Positions 28,927 through 39,706 of a DNA stretch of 64,000 nt are shown one piece after another (within the stretch, counting starts at the first letter, position 1; every line of letters starts with the position of its first letter). Origin of the DNA: an uncultured Spirochaetota bacterium. Its GTDB lineage: Bacteria > Spirochaetota > Spirochaetia > SZUA-6 > Fen-1364. Location of the stretch: positions 256,001-320,000 of the forward strand of contig CAWAHW010000001.1 in assembly GCA_963781885.1 (NCBI GenBank), given 5' to 3'. Below the pieces are notes generated by a model. That model had not been told where the DNA came from. It did not search any database and saw only the letters and a list, made by a program, of their open reading frames with translations. A program made the translations under genes and the position numbers.

Positions 28927-30285
28927 CTACCGCGAGGCGTCCTGGAGCTGTCGGTAGGCGTCCGTACTGTCCAGCGCGTCGTTGTCCTGGGCGTAGTCAA
29001 AGGCGGTCTTTCCGTCACCGTCCTGCACTTTCACGTCCGCACCGGCCTTCAGGAGGGCGGTGATCACCTCGGGGTTCTCGCTGTTGTCCGCGGCGTATAT
29101 CAGGACTGTTTTGCCGTCCTGGTCCTGCGCCTTCAGATCCGCGCCCGCTTTCAGGAGCGTCCTGATCACCTCGGGATTCCTGTTTCCCTCCGCGGCGTAC
29201 ATCAGCACGGTCTCGCCATTCTCGTCCGCGGCTTTCAGGTCCGCGCCCGCCTTCAACAGCGTCGTAATCACGTCAGGATTCCTGTTGTTCCCCGCCGCAT
29301 ACATCAGGACCGTCTTTCCACTCCCATCCGGAGCCTTGAGGTCCGCGCGTTTCTTGAGGAGAGCGTTGATCACCGCGGGGTCCCGATTGTTCTCCGCGGC
29401 GTACATCAGCACGGTCTCCCCGCTCTTGTCTTTCGCCAGGGGATCCGCGCCCGCCTGAAGCAGGGCCGTCATGACGCCAGGATTCTTGTCGTTGTCGGAA
29501 GCGTACATGAGCACGGTCTTCCCGCTCTTGTCCTGCGCCTTGGGATCCGCGCCCGCCTTCAAAATTGCCGCAATGACTCCCGGATCCTCGTTGCTGCCGA
29601 CCGCATGCATCAGGACGGTCTCTCCATCCTCGTCTTGGGCGTTGACGTCCGCGCCTTTGGTGATGGCGGCCTGCACATCCTCGAGCGTTCCGTTCTCCAC
29701 AAGGTCGAAAAAGTCGTTTGCCTTCGCGGTGTCGTCCGTGGAAGGCGCCGCCTGCTGAAGCTGTCCATAGGCGTCGGTGCCCTTCAAGGCGTCGTTGTCC
29801 TGCGCATATTCAAAGACGGTTTTTCCGTCATTGTCCTTCGCGGCGGCGTCGGCGCCCGCCTTCAGAAGCGCGACGACCGTCCCGGGCTCCTGGTTTCCCT
29901 CCGCGGCGTACATCAGCGCGGTCTCGCCGTTTTCGTCCTGCGCCTCGAGGTCCGCGCCGGCCGTCAGGAGTGTGGCGATCACCTCCGGGTTCGGGTTGCT
30001 CTCCGCGGCATACATAAGCGCGGTCTCGCCGCTCTCGTCCTGGGCTTTCAGGTCTGCGCCGGCCTTCAGAAGCGCCGCGATCACGCCCGGGTCCTTGTTG
30101 CTGGCGGCGGCGTACATCAGCATCGTCTCGCCGTTTTCATCATGGGCATTTACCTTGGCGCCCTTGGCGATGGCTGCCTTCACCTGCTGCGCGGTGCCGC
30201 TGCTTGCAAGGTCAGTGAATGTCTGCTGCGCGCCAATCGCGGTCGCCGCAGAGAAGATGAGCAAGACGACAAAAAGCCGTTTCAT
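28927..30285 (-). CDS. Secreted ankyrin-repeat protein
   Basis: Signal peptide; about 11 repeats of 34 aa (GETVLMYAA..N.NPEVI..LLKAGADLKAQD), visible as 102-bp DNA repeats. Confidence 0.92.
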   Translation of the reverse strand: MKRLFVVLLIFSAATAIGAQQTFTDLASSGTAQQVKAAIAKGAKVNAHDENGETMLMYAAASNKDPGVIAALLKAGADLKAQDESGETALMYAAESNPNPEVIATLLTAGADLEAQDENGETALMYAAEGNQEPGTVVALLKAGADAAAKDNDGKTVFEYAQDNDALKGTDAYGQLQQAAPSTDDTAKANDFFDLVENGTLEDVQAAITKGADVNAQDEDGETVLMHAVGSNEDPGVIAAILKAGADPKAQDKSGKTVLMYASDNDKNPGVMTALLQAGADPLAKDKSGETVLMYAAENNRDPAVINALLKKRADLKAPDGSGKTVLMYAAGNNRNPDVITTLLKAGADLKAADENGETVLMYAAEGNRNPEVIRTLLKAGADLKAQDQDGKTVLIYAADNSENPEVITALLKAGADVKVQDGDGKTAFDYAQDNDALDSTDAYRQLQDASR

Positions 30286-30451
30286 CCGAACCTCTCAATC
30301 CCACACGGTGAGTGTGGTGAACGTTGTGATGTGTCTCCTCGCTGCCTGCTGCGGGACTCATACAAGAACGCTCGACCGGGCGGCAGCATCAAAGTCATCG
30401 GGCTCCACGATAGCACCCCTGTTAGGGGAAAGGAATGAATCAATGCGCCAA

Positions 30452-31711
30452 TCATTGCGTCGGGTGGCCCGGGGCAGCGGAGGGCCCCCTCTGCAGCCGC
30501 TCCAGGTAGCGGAAGGTGATCCGCATGCACGCCTCGATGACCGAAGGCTCGATGTGCTCCACGGTATCGCGCGCGGTGTGGTAGACCAGGTCGGGTCGCA
30601 CGAGCTCCGTGGGCATTGCAATGATGGTGGCGGCTTCGATACCCCGGCGAGCGCTTTCCGCAGCGTCCGTGCCCCCCGCGCCAAAAATCATGCCGAACGG
30701 CCGCATCTGAAGGCCCTCGGCCGCGGCGCTTTGCACGAGCTCGTCCGCCATGCTGCGGGAGAGCGGAACCGTCCCGTTGACGTCGCTCACGAGACATTGC
30801 AGGTCGCGAAGGTTGTAGAGTGAATCGAAGTTGAGGTGGTGGCAGGGAAGCTGAAGCAGCTCGGCCGCATGCACGCGAAACCACGCCGCCGCGCCCCGCA
30901 GCCCCGCTTCCTCGGCGTCGAAGCTCACGATGCGAAGCCTCGTTCCTTTCAGGCGCGACCTGTCGCCGGCAAGGTCGCGGGCAAGACGCGCCACCATCAC
31001 CGAGGAGACGAGATTGTCCCCGGCGCCCGGGCTTCCCCGGCGCGTCGCGACGAGGAGAAAGTAGCCCACGGTCGCCGGCAGGCCCGCGGCAAGCAGCGCG
31101 AAGACCCAGGCGGGCGGCGGCGCGAAAGCGCCGGCCAGCCGGGCAACGACCACGGCAAGCGCAAAAAGGAAGAAGGCGTAAGGCAGAAAGATCGCCAGGA
31201 CATAGAACCGGGCAAAGGGGCCGTCGAATATGCGCGCAACGGGCGCGCTGTCATGGTGGCCCGAGAGTATGAGCTCTCGCTGCGCGGGGCCTTCCGGTTC
31301 GATGACGGCCGACACATTCCATCCGGTGCGGCGCGGAAAGAGAAAATCCGGGACGTGCACGTAGAAGGCGAACTGGCAGAGCATGACGAGCATGCCCGCA
31401 GTCAGTGCAAACGCGGCAATGACGGCGAATACCGGCGGGAAAAAGAGCGACGCGATTGCCAGGAAATAGGAGACGGGCAGGATCTTGGTGTACGAATAGA
31501 AAGAACCGGGATGCACCCTGAAGGGCTCCAGGCGTGCCGCGCCGCAGGAAAGCGCGAGTGAGTCCCTGATCGCCTCGGCCGTTGCGTGAGAGGCTGCGCT
31601 TCCCGGCAGGCGCGGACCGAAGCGGCGGATGAGTTCCCCGGTTTCCGCCAGGCATTCGCGCGCGGCCTCGGAGACCCACGACCGGTCGCGCGGTGGCTGC
31701 GGGGGCTGCAT
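30452..31711 (-). CDS. M28-family peptidase with membrane insertions
   Basis: SGHHDS, PGAGDN, DAEEAGLRG, NFDS, GTD and YHTARD zinc-ligand motifs plus 4 TM helices. Confidence 0.82.
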   Translation of the reverse strand: MQPPQPPRDRSWVSEAARECLAETGELIRRFGPRLPGSAASHATAEAIRDSLALSCGAARLEPFRVHPGSFYSYTKILPVSYFLAIASLFFPPVFAVIAAFALTAGMLVMLCQFAFYVHVPDFLFPRRTGWNVSAVIEPEGPAQRELILSGHHDSAPVARIFDGPFARFYVLAIFLPYAFFLFALAVVVARLAGAFAPPPAWVFALLAAGLPATVGYFLLVATRRGSPGAGDNLVSSVMVARLARDLAGDRSRLKGTRLRIVSFDAEEAGLRGAAAWFRVHAAELLQLPCHHLNFDSLYNLRDLQCLVSDVNGTVPLSRSMADELVQSAAAEGLQMRPFGMIFGAGGTDAAESARRGIEAATIIAMPTELVRPDLVYHTARDTVEHIEPSVIEACMRITFRYLERLQRGPSAAPGHPTQ

Positions 31712-32688
31712 CAATGCCCCAGGACCCGGTGCGGCCTGTAGGGTGCCTCCAGGGAAGCGACCTGGTCGGCGGAGAGCCTGATGGAAAGCGCCTCCACGGC
31801 CTGCTCGAGATGCTCCATACGGCTTGCCCCGACGATGGGGGCCGTGACGTACGGCTTGGAAAGCATCCAGGCAAGCGCGGTCTGCGGCAGGCTCCGCCCC
31901 ACGTCCGCCGCAACGCCCTTCAGCCTCTCCACGACCGCAAAATCATCCTCCTGGTAGTACATGCGCTGGGCGAACTCATCCGACTTGCCGCGGGTCGTGC
32001 CGCTCTTCAGGTCGCGGCTGCGGTTGCCGGCCAGGAAGCCGCGCGCGAGCGGGCTCCACGGGATGACGCCCAGGCCCTGGTCCACGCAGAGCGGTATCAC
32101 TTCGCGCTCCTCCTCCCGGTAGACCAGGTTATAGTGGTCCTGCATCGTCACGAACCGGGCCCAGCCGTGACGCTCTGAAATCGAAAGCGCCTTCATGAGC
32201 TGCCAGGCGAACATGCTCGATGCGCCGATGTAGCGTGCCTTGCCGGCGCGCACGACGTCGTTGAGGGCTTCCAGGGTTTCCTCGATCGGCGTCTGATCGT
32301 CCCAGCGATGGATCTGGTAGAGATCGACGTGATCCATGCCCAGCCTGCGCAACGAGGCATCGATGCCGTCCATGATGTGCGTGCGGGAGAGGCCGGCGGC
32401 ATTCGGATCAGGACCCATGCGGCTGTTCACCTTTGTCGCCACGACAACCTCGTCGCGGCGGGCAAAATCCTTGAGGGCGCGGCCCGTCACCTCCTCGCTC
32501 GCACCGAGAGAATAGACGTCGGCGGTGTCGAAGAAGTTGATGCCCAGATCGAGCGCGCGCTTGAAGAAGGGACGCGCCTCCTTTTCCTCCAGCACCCAGT
32601 CCCGCCACTTCGGCGTGCCATACGTCATGGTGCCCAGGCAGATGCGGGAAACCTTGAGCCCCGTCTTTCCCAGCCTCACGTAGTCCAT
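31711..32688 (-). CDS. Aldo/keto reductase
   Basis: GLKVSRICLGTM, FDTADVY, ATK, DLYQIHRWD and PWSPLARG. Confidence 0.92.
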   Translation of the reverse strand: MDYVRLGKTGLKVSRICLGTMTYGTPKWRDWVLEEKEARPFFKRALDLGINFFDTADVYSLGASEEVTGRALKDFARRDEVVVATKVNSRMGPDPNAAGLSRTHIMDGIDASLRRLGMDHVDLYQIHRWDDQTPIEETLEALNDVVRAGKARYIGASSMFAWQLMKALSISERHGWARFVTMQDHYNLVYREEEREVIPLCVDQGLGVIPWSPLARGFLAGNRSRDLKSGTTRGKSDEFAQRMYYQEDDFAVVERLKGVAADVGRSLPQTALAWMLSKPYVTAPIVGASRMEHLEQAVEALSIRLSADQVASLEAPYRPHRVLGH

Positions 32689-32808
32689 GCAGCCCCCACG
32701 GGCACAAGCTACCGCCGCGGGAGGCAGGCGTCAATGCAACCGGCCGCGCCGCCCGCGAGGGCTTTTTCCATTGAACTGATGCCTGATGACTGTTAGCTTG
32801 AAACCACG

Positions 32809-33477
32809 ATGCAAAAGACCCAGGCAAGGATATTGATCTGCGGTCTTGCCGCCCTCTGTTCTCTGCCCGTGGGGGCTCAGGAGAAATACATCTACCGGGA
32901 GCGCACCCGGGATCAGGAAATTCGCACGACGATCTGGGAGACAAAGCTGCCTGGTGGATCGATCGTCAACTCCGCCATGAGCGATGGCGATGCGCACCGC
33001 GTGCAGGTCGATGAGTCCTTTGCAACGCAGAGATACACCTTCGAAAGCCCGAAGCGAAACACCGCGTACGTGGTCGTGCGCCAGGGAAACACGCTCCGCC
33101 TGGAGGGCACGCTGAACGGCCGGCCCCTGCTTCGCACGGTCCAGATCGACTCCCGTCCCTGGTACGAGTCCCTCGAATGGACTCTGCAAGGATATGTCGC
33201 CGCATCATTCGACTCGGTCGTCTTCTGGATCGTTCACCCTTTCGAAGCAAAGGTGTACCTCATGAGGGCGCATGCGGAGGCGCACGAAAGCATCCCGGTG
33301 AACGATCGCAGCACGGATGCCGTGAGGGTGCGCGTGGGCCTTGCCGGCATCGGCTCCATCCTCTGGAGCTCGCTCTACTGGTTTCGACCGATGGATGGCG
33401 AATTCCTCAAGTCCGAAGCCGTGCGCGGTTTCCCGGGAACGCCCCTGACTGTCGTGGAGCTGGTCAGCGCCCCGTGA
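32809..33477 (+). CDS. Hypothetical exported beta-rich protein
   Basis: Signal peptide ending VGA-Q; no family recognised. Confidence 0.65.
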   Translation: MQKTQARILICGLAALCSLPVGAQEKYIYRERTRDQEIRTTIWETKLPGGSIVNSAMSDGDAHRVQVDESFATQRYTFESPKRNTAYVVVRQGNTLRLEGTLNGRPLLRTVQIDSRPWYESLEWTLQGYVAASFDSVVFWIVHPFEAKVYLMRAHAEAHESIPVNDRSTDAVRVRVGLAGIGSILWSSLYWFRPMDGEFLKSEAVRGFPGTPLTVVELVSAP

Positions 33478-33506
33478 GCGGCGGCCTATCGGAAGCGCCG
33501 CGAAGC

Positions 33507-34505
33507 TCACTCCTTCTCGAAGGGCGTTCCCAGGGCAGAGGGCGGTTTGACATTCAGCGCGCGCAGGACCTTCGCGACGCGTTTGCGGGCCCGTTCGGGC
33601 AGGCGCGCGAGCGACCTCTCCACCCACTCGGCGTTGCCGATGTTCACGAAAAGAAGCGTCAGGATCATGAGGGGAAACGGGGCCACTTGCAGGACCTGCG
33701 ACGGGATGCCGGGCAGGGCAGGCTGCAGGACGAGCCCCAGCCATTGAAGGAAGGAGAAAAGGTAGGCGCCAAAGGCGGCCCGGAACGGGTTCCAGCCGCC
33801 GAAGATGGTGATCGCAAGGACGATCCATCCCATGCCGTCCAGGCCGCTTATGGTTCCCTTCCACCCTGCCTTGACTGAAAGCGAATAGATGGGACCTGCC
33901 AGACCCGCGATGGCGCCGCCTGCCACCGTGTAGAGATAGCGCAGCCTGTTCACGTTCGCGCCCCGCACATATGCCGCGGAAGGCCGCTCACCGATGCCGC
34001 GCAGCAGAAGACCGGGCCGCGTGCGGAAGATGAAAATCCATGCGCCAACGATCAGGAGGAAGCTGAGATAGGTCATGATGTCCTGCTGGAAAAGGAGGAC
34101 GCCAAGACCGGGGATGTCTGCAAGAAAGGGGATGCGCAGCGTGGAAAGGCGCGGCCCTGTTTCACCCATGATGGGATTGCCCAGGAAGTAGGAAAGATCG
34201 CGGCAGAGGAGCGTGAGCACGAAACCCACGGCCACCTGCGACTGGCGCAGCGTGATGCTCGCGAATGCGAGCACGAGGGCCACGAGTCCGCCGATGAGCG
34301 CCCCCGCAAGGAATCCCAGCACGATGCTCCCGGTGGCAAGCGTCGCGGCAAAGCCGCCCATCGCGCAGAGCAGGATCTTCCCGTTCATCGACAGGTTGGT
34401 GACGCCGGCCCTCTCCGAGATGGTCTCCCCAATGGCGCCGAAGATCAGGGGAGCGGCGGATGTGAGCACGCCGGCAAGCCCGACAAGAATGACGGCCAGG
34501 CTCAT
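33507..34505 (-). CDS. ABC transporter permease (nucleoside/purine type)
   Basis: PLIFGAIGETISERAGV.NL, GERPSAA..RG and GMGWIVLA. Confidence 0.88.
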   Translation of the reverse strand: MSLAVILVGLAGVLTSAAPLIFGAIGETISERAGVTNLSMNGKILLCAMGGFAATLATGSIVLGFLAGALIGGLVALVLAFASITLRQSQVAVGFVLTLLCRDLSYFLGNPIMGETGPRLSTLRIPFLADIPGLGVLLFQQDIMTYLSFLLIVGAWIFIFRTRPGLLLRGIGERPSAAYVRGANVNRLRYLYTVAGGAIAGLAGPIYSLSVKAGWKGTISGLDGMGWIVLAITIFGGWNPFRAAFGAYLFSFLQWLGLVLQPALPGIPSQVLQVAPFPLMILTLLFVNIGNAEWVERSLARLPERARKRVAKVLRALNVKPPSALGTPFEKE

Positions 34506-35548
34506 GAGGCGCCCTTTCCCATGAGCTTCTGGCGCACGCCCTGGCCCAGAAGCACAAAGAGCACAAGCGTGCCCTGGAGCACGCCGGCGAGGGAGGAATC
34601 CTGCCGCAGCACGATCGGCAGCTGGATGCTCCCCACGTTGAGCGCGGCAAAAAAGAGCGCCACGGGCGCGGCGAGTGCCGCGTTGAAATTGGCGAGCATC
34701 GCCACCATGAGACCGAGGTAGCCGTAGCCGCTGGAGATGGAAGGGATGAGGCGATGATAGACCGACGTGACCTGTATCGCGCCGGCAAGACCGGCAAAGA
34801 TGCCGCACAGCGCAAAGGAGAACATCATGTGCTGCCAGGTCGGGACGCCCAGGAGGTAGGCTGCCTTCTCATTGCGGCCCACGGCCTTCAAACGCAGGCC
34901 GAAATGCGTGCCGCGCAGCATGCCGTACACAAGGCCGATGCCGAGCACCGCGATCACCAGCGCCGACACGCTGAGGCGCGACTGCGGGGTGACCGTGATC
35001 ATCCACAGCGCGGGCGGGAAGGGCACCGTGCCGGACATCGAGGCAACACCCGGTCTTTTCCAGGGCCCGAAGATGAGCCAGAGGTTCAACGCCGAGGCCA
35101 CGAAGTTCAGGCCAAGACCGCCGAATATCTCGTTCACGCCGCCGAACGTCTTGAGCGCTCCCGCGAGCATCGCCCAGAGCGCTCCTCCCGCCATGCCGGC
35201 GACAACCGCGCAGGCCAGGATGAGCGCGGGGGGCACGCTGCTTGCCAGGAGCGTGCGCAGCATCCAGGTGGTGAAGACGGCCCCGAGGGTGATCTGCCCC
35301 TCGATGCCGATATTCCACAGCCCTGCCGTGAAGGTGACCAGAAGGCCCGCCGTTGAAAGCAGGAGCGGCACCCAGGCAACCAGGACATTCGCCGCGACAT
35401 CCCAGGAGCCGACGGCACCCAGGACGATATTCGCGTAGGCGGCAAGCGGCGGCGCGTGCGCGGCAAGCATGACGAGAGTCGTGAGGAGGAGGGCGAGTAC
35501 GATGGCTGCGACGCGCAGCGCGGCACGGGAAACGCCCGCCTTATGCAC
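34502..35548 (-). CDS. ABC transporter permease (nucleoside/purine type)
   Basis: WNIGIEGQ, GVNEI, LKAVGRN..AA and SSGYGY. Confidence 0.88.
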   Translation of the reverse strand: MHKAGVSRAALRVAAIVLALLLTTLVMLAAHAPPLAAYANIVLGAVGSWDVAANVLVAWVPLLLSTAGLLVTFTAGLWNIGIEGQITLGAVFTTWMLRTLLASSVPPALILACAVVAGMAGGALWAMLAGALKTFGGVNEIFGGLGLNFVASALNLWLIFGPWKRPGVASMSGTVPFPPALWMITVTPQSRLSVSALVIAVLGIGLVYGMLRGTHFGLRLKAVGRNEKAAYLLGVPTWQHMMFSFALCGIFAGLAGAIQVTSVYHRLIPSISSGYGYLGLMVAMLANFNAALAAPVALFFAALNVGSIQLPIVLRQDSSLAGVLQGTLVLFVLLGQGVRQKLMGKGAS

Positions 35549-37034
35549 GGACGGCCTCGCCGGTGAATGCTTCCCACCCCTTGCCGCCGATCAGCTCTCC
35601 GAGCCGCTCCACCGAGAGACCTTCGGCAGGGAGGGGAGGCGACATGCGCCCCGCGAAGAAGACGAGCACCCTGTCGCTGTACTGCAGCACCTCGTCCAGA
35701 TCGGCCGAGATGAAAAGGATCGCGGCGCCCTGCGCGCAGCGCTCCTTGAGCTTGCCCCAGATGTAGAGTGTCGACTCGATGTCGAGGCCGCGCGTGGGAT
35801 GCTCCAGGAGGATGAGGGCGAGCTCCTTTTTCAGGAGCGCCAGGAGCATGCGCTGCTGGTTGCCGCCAGACAGCGCTTCCACGGCATGGGACGGGGACCC
35901 CTTGATGTTGTAGGTGCCGATGCGCTCCGCTGCGACCGCCGCCGCGGCGCGCCTGTCGATGAAGGGACCGGCCCTGCCTTCCGAAAGCACGAAGTGCTCC
36001 GCGAGGCTGAGGCCGGGCACCAGCCCCTGCTCCAGCCGGGCAGCGGGCAGGTAGGCAACCCCTTTGCGCATGAAGGCATGGTAGGAGTGACCGGTCATGT
36101 CGCAATCCATGATGCCCACGCGTCCGGCCACCGTGCGCGCAAGACCGGCGCAGCTTGAGAGAAGGAGGGATTGCCCCGAGCCTTCCATGCCGGCAAGCCC
36201 GATCACCTCTCCCGCACGGGCGCGAAAGCTCACGTCCCTGATCTGGATCCGGGCGCTGTCGATGCTCACCGCCTCCAGGGAAAGGATTTCCCGCCCGGGC
36301 CGCGCCGCCGTGCGCGCACCGATGGACACATCCTTGCCGAACATCATGCGCACGAGCGCGCTCGTCTGGTACGGCGGCGCGGCCGCGCCCGCCAGTTGTC
36401 CCTGGCGCAGCACGGCGACCCGGTCACAGAGGAACTCGACGTCCTCCAGCTTATGGGAAACGAAGACCACGGTCATGCCCTGCCCGGCGAGCGATTTCAG
36501 CGTAGCAAAGAGCTTCTCCTTCTGCGGCTGGCTGATGCCGGTGGTGGGCTCGTCGAGGATGAGCACCCGGGCGCCCAGCCACAGGAGACGCAGGATCTCC
36601 AGCTGCTGGCGCTCCCCGACGGTGAGCGTGTCGACCCACGCGTCAGGATCGAGGTCGAATCCGAATTGCCCCGCGAGCGTTTTCAGGTCCCTCCCGGCGC
36701 GACGGCGGTCGGGAAAGAAGCCCCCTTTTCTGCCCAGGATGAAGTCATCGATGATGCGCAGGGGCGGGAAGTCCAGCGGGTCCTGGTGCAGCATGCCGAT
36801 GCCCAGCCGGATGGCGTCGGCGGGTGACGTGATGATCGTGCGGACCCCGTCCAGCAGGATGTCCCCTTCATCGGGGTGAAAGAACCCCGAAAGTATCTTC
36901 ATGAGCGTGCTCTTCCCGGCCCCGTTCTCCCCGAGGATGCCCTGGATGCACGCGGAAGGCACGGAAAGGCTGATGCCGGCATTGGCCTGTATCGTGCCGA
37001 AGGTCTTTCGGATGGAGCGGAGCTCGACGTTCAT
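35541..37034 (-). CDS. ABC transporter ATP-binding protein (two ATPase domains)
   Basis: GENGAGKST, ILDEPT, SHKL, LSGGNQQ and PTRGLD. Confidence 0.92.
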   Translation of the reverse strand: MNVELRSIRKTFGTIQANAGISLSVPSACIQGILGENGAGKSTLMKILSGFFHPDEGDILLDGVRTIITSPADAIRLGIGMLHQDPLDFPPLRIIDDFILGRKGGFFPDRRRAGRDLKTLAGQFGFDLDPDAWVDTLTVGERQQLEILRLLWLGARVLILDEPTTGISQPQKEKLFATLKSLAGQGMTVVFVSHKLEDVEFLCDRVAVLRQGQLAGAAAPPYQTSALVRMMFGKDVSIGARTAARPGREILSLEAVSIDSARIQIRDVSFRARAGEVIGLAGMEGSGQSLLLSSCAGLARTVAGRVGIMDCDMTGHSYHAFMRKGVAYLPAARLEQGLVPGLSLAEHFVLSEGRAGPFIDRRAAAAVAAERIGTYNIKGSPSHAVEALSGGNQQRMLLALLKKELALILLEHPTRGLDIESTLYIWGKLKERCAQGAAILFISADLDEVLQYSDRVLVFFAGRMSPPLPAEGLSVERLGELIGGKGWEAFTGEAVRA

Positions 37035-37050
37035 TGCCGCCTAAAAACGA

Positions 37051-37078
37051 GGGGCGAGACGGATCCGCCTCGCCCCCG
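37051..37078 (-). terminator. GC-rich hairpin between the binding-protein and ATPase genes
   Basis: GGGGCGAG…CTCGCCCC inverted repeat, followed on the minus strand by TCGTTTT. Confidence 0.5.
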
Positions 37079-37096
37079 GTATGCGCATGCCCTCGT

Positions 37097-38296
37097 CTAT
37101 TTCTGGACGGAGAGCCCTTCCATGCCCTGAAGGAGCTGGGGCAGGTACCAGATCTGCTGGTCGGTCGCGGCCTTGCCGCTTGCAAGGTACGCGGTGCCGT
37201 CCTGGAGTGCCAGCGGGCCTTTCCAGAGGTTGAGGCCGCCCGCAAGCTCCTTGATGAACTTGTCCACCGTGGTGGAGGCGGTTGCGGAAAGCGCGCCGCC
37301 CTTGTTGAACCCGACCGCGGTCGTGTCGGGGGCGTTGATGTTCTTCCAGTCGGGCGCGTTCCACTCGAAGTGGGATTTCCAGCTGCCGCTCATGGCGCTC
37401 TTCACGACGTTGACGTAGGCAGGGCCCCAGTTGAAATAGGGGACGCCGAGGTTGACGTTCGGCGCCATTTCCGAGGCCTTGTAGTAGTCGTAGGCGACCG
37501 CCCAGACCTTCTTGCCCTGGGCCGCGTACTTCACGGCTTCCGTGACGGCTTCCGTGGTATCGATGCCCGACACGACGACGTCATAGCCGCTGTTGAAGAA
37601 ATCATCCGCGACCTGCGACGGATCGGAGGTGACGCCGGGGATGTTGAACCAGAACCCGATCCAGGTGACCTTGAACTTCAGCTTCGCGGGGTCCTTCTTG
37701 AGATAATTCGTCCACGCGTAGCGCGCGCCGAGGTACACCGAGGAGGCGAGCCTGCGGGTTTCATCGTTGATGAGCGGCCCGAGGTAGCCGATCTGCCCGG
37801 TCTGCGTCGTCATGGCCGCGGCAACGCCCGCGATCATCTTGCTGAACTCCATGCGGCCCATGACGTTGATCATGTTCGGCATGTCCTGGTAGGTCTTCCC
37901 GTCCTTCCACACCTGGCTGCCCGAGCTCATGATGACGAAGATGTCCTTGTGCGCCAGGGCGAACTTCACGGCTTCGTCGGCCATGTCGTCGGAGCTGAAA
38001 ATGATGAGCTTCGCGCCCTGCGTCATGAGGCTCTCGGCGAGCTGGGAGACCGTGGTCCCCGGGCGGTCCGACGAGTTCGCCTTGTCGATGTACACCATCT
38101 TGGTGCCCGGGACCTTGTTGGTGACGTACTGGACGGCGTCGTAGTTCGCCTGACTCCAGCCCTGGTCGTTGTACGGGCCGACCATCACGAGCCCGATGGT
38201 GAGCGACGAGCCCGCCGCGGGCATGGCCTGTCCCCAGGCTGCCGACGCGGCCAGGACAACGGCCAGAATGAGAATGAGTGTGCGGAACCTCTTCAT
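37097..38296 (-). CDS. BMP-family ABC substrate-binding protein
   Basis: Signal peptide; GPYNDQGWSQA, IGYLG, WIGFWF and PYFNWGP. Confidence 0.88.
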   Translation of the reverse strand: MKRFRTLILILAVVLAASAAWGQAMPAAGSSLTIGLVMVGPYNDQGWSQANYDAVQYVTNKVPGTKMVYIDKANSSDRPGTTVSQLAESLMTQGAKLIIFSSDDMADEAVKFALAHKDIFVIMSSGSQVWKDGKTYQDMPNMINVMGRMEFSKMIAGVAAAMTTQTGQIGYLGPLINDETRRLASSVYLGARYAWTNYLKKDPAKLKFKVTWIGFWFNIPGVTSDPSQVADDFFNSGYDVVVSGIDTTEAVTEAVKYAAQGKKVWAVAYDYYKASEMAPNVNLGVPYFNWGPAYVNVVKSAMSGSWKSHFEWNAPDWKNINAPDTTAVGFNKGGALSATASTTVDKFIKELAGGLNLWKGPLALQDGTAYLASGKAATDQQIWYLPQLLQGMEGLSVQK

Positions 38297-38431
38297 GAAC
38301 CCCCCCTTTTGTGGTGCGTCGTCCATCTCCTCACGTCATTGCGAAAACACCTCGACACGAGGGAATGCACGACTCGTCTGTTTGAATATGCATGAATATA
38401 CAACGATCGAGTGACGCGTCACAAGCGGGCG

Positions 38432-39706
38432 CTATGGCCGCGTCCGCTTCCGATCGCGCGGAAAAAGGGTCGCCTCTTTCACGCTCGCCAGGCCCAGTAT
38501 CTTCTGCGTGAGCCTCTCCATGCCAATGGCAAAACCCCCGTGCGGCGGGCAGCCGTACTTGAAGATCGAGAGGTAGTCCGCAAGACCTTCCGGGTTCAGA
38601 TCGAAGGCCTGAAGGTTTTCCATCAGCATGTCGTAGCGATTGATGCGAATGCTCCCCGACGTCACCTCCAGGCCGCGGAACAGGAGGTCAAAGGACTTCG
38701 TACGATTGTTCTCCGCGGGGAAGGTGTAGAAAGGCCGTGACTTGCGCGGGTAGGCAAAGACAAAGACTGCCTCCACGCCCGCCGACTTCATGGCCCAGTC
38801 GCACAGTGCGCGCTCGCCCTCCGGGCTTATCTCGTAGACCTTCTTGCCCGTCTCCTTGCTCACGATCTCCTTCGCCTCGTCGTGGGAAACCCGGGGAATG
38901 CGGGAGCAGAGGTCAGGATCGGGCACCGTTGCCTTCCATGCGTCGAGGTCCTTCTGATTGGAGGAACGGACCCCCGCGAAGATGGCCGCGAGAATGCCTG
39001 CCTCCAGGTCCATCAGCTCCTGCTCGGACTCGATGAAGGCCATCTCCACGTCCAGTGACACAAACTCGTTGATGTGCCGCGGCGTGTCGTGCTTCTCGGC
39101 CCGATACGCCGGACCGATCTCGAAGACGCGCTCCAGGCCCGCGGCGATCATGACCTGCTTATAGATCTGCGGCGACTGGGTGAGGTAGACCTTCGTGTCG
39201 AAGTAATCCACGGAGAAAAGCCCCGTCCCGCCTTCCGTGCCCGTGCCGATGAGCTTGGAGGTCTTGATCTCCGTGAAGCCCTGGCTGCGCAAATATTCGG
39301 CAAAACAGCGCAGGACCGTGGACTGCACGCGAAAGATGGAGAGGATCGAAGGGTTGCGCAGCGCGATCATCCGGTTGTCGAGTATCGATTCAAGCGACGT
39401 CTTTCCCGGGTCCTGGTTGACGGGGAAGGGCAGGTCCGGGGCGGCAGGGGAGACGACCTGCATGCTCTGCACGCGCACCTCCACGCCGCCAGGCGCCTTC
39501 TCATTCGCGGCGACGGTTCCCTGGACCTGGATGACCGTTTCCACCGTCACGTCGGGCTTCGCGTCGAAGACGAGCTGGCCCATGCCGCTTCTGTCCCGCA
39601 AGAGCACGAATGAAACGCCCCCCAGGTCCCGGATGCGATGCACCCAGCCGCTCAGGCTGACCGTGCTCCCCACGGCGCTGGGAAGCTCAGAGACAAGCGT
39701 CCGCAT
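38432..39706 (-). CDS. aspS: Non-discriminating aspartyl-tRNA synthetase (short, AspRS2/archaeal type)
   Basis: [15 protein letters not shown] loop, [18 protein letters not shown] and [12 protein letters not shown]; 424 aa; operonic with gatCAB. Confidence 0.9.
   Translation of the reverse strand: MRTLVSELPSAVGSTVSLSGWVHRIRDLGGVSFVLLRDRSGMGQLVFDAKPDVTVETVIQVQGTVAANEKAPGGVEVRVQSMQVVSPAAPDLPFPVNQDPGKTSLESILDNRMIALRNPSILSIFRVQSTVLRCFAEYLRSQGFTEIKTSKLIGTGTEGGTGLFSVDYFDTKVYLTQSPQIYKQVMIAAGLERVFEIGPAYRAEKHDTPRHINEFVSLDVEMAFIESEQELMDLEAGILAAIFAGVRSSNQKDLDAWKATVPDPDLCSRIPRVSHDEAKEIVSKETGKKVYEISPEGERALCDWAMKSAGVEAVFVFAYPRKSRPFYTFPAENNRTKSFDLLFRGLEVTSGSIRINRYDMLMENLQAFDLNPEGLADYLSIFKYGCPPHGGFAIGMERLTQKILGLASVKEATLFPRDRKRTRP

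Noticed and set aside
28927-30285. Regular 102-bp repeats as a CRISPR or non-coding array
   Set aside because: They are in-frame ankyrin coding repeats without unique spacers.
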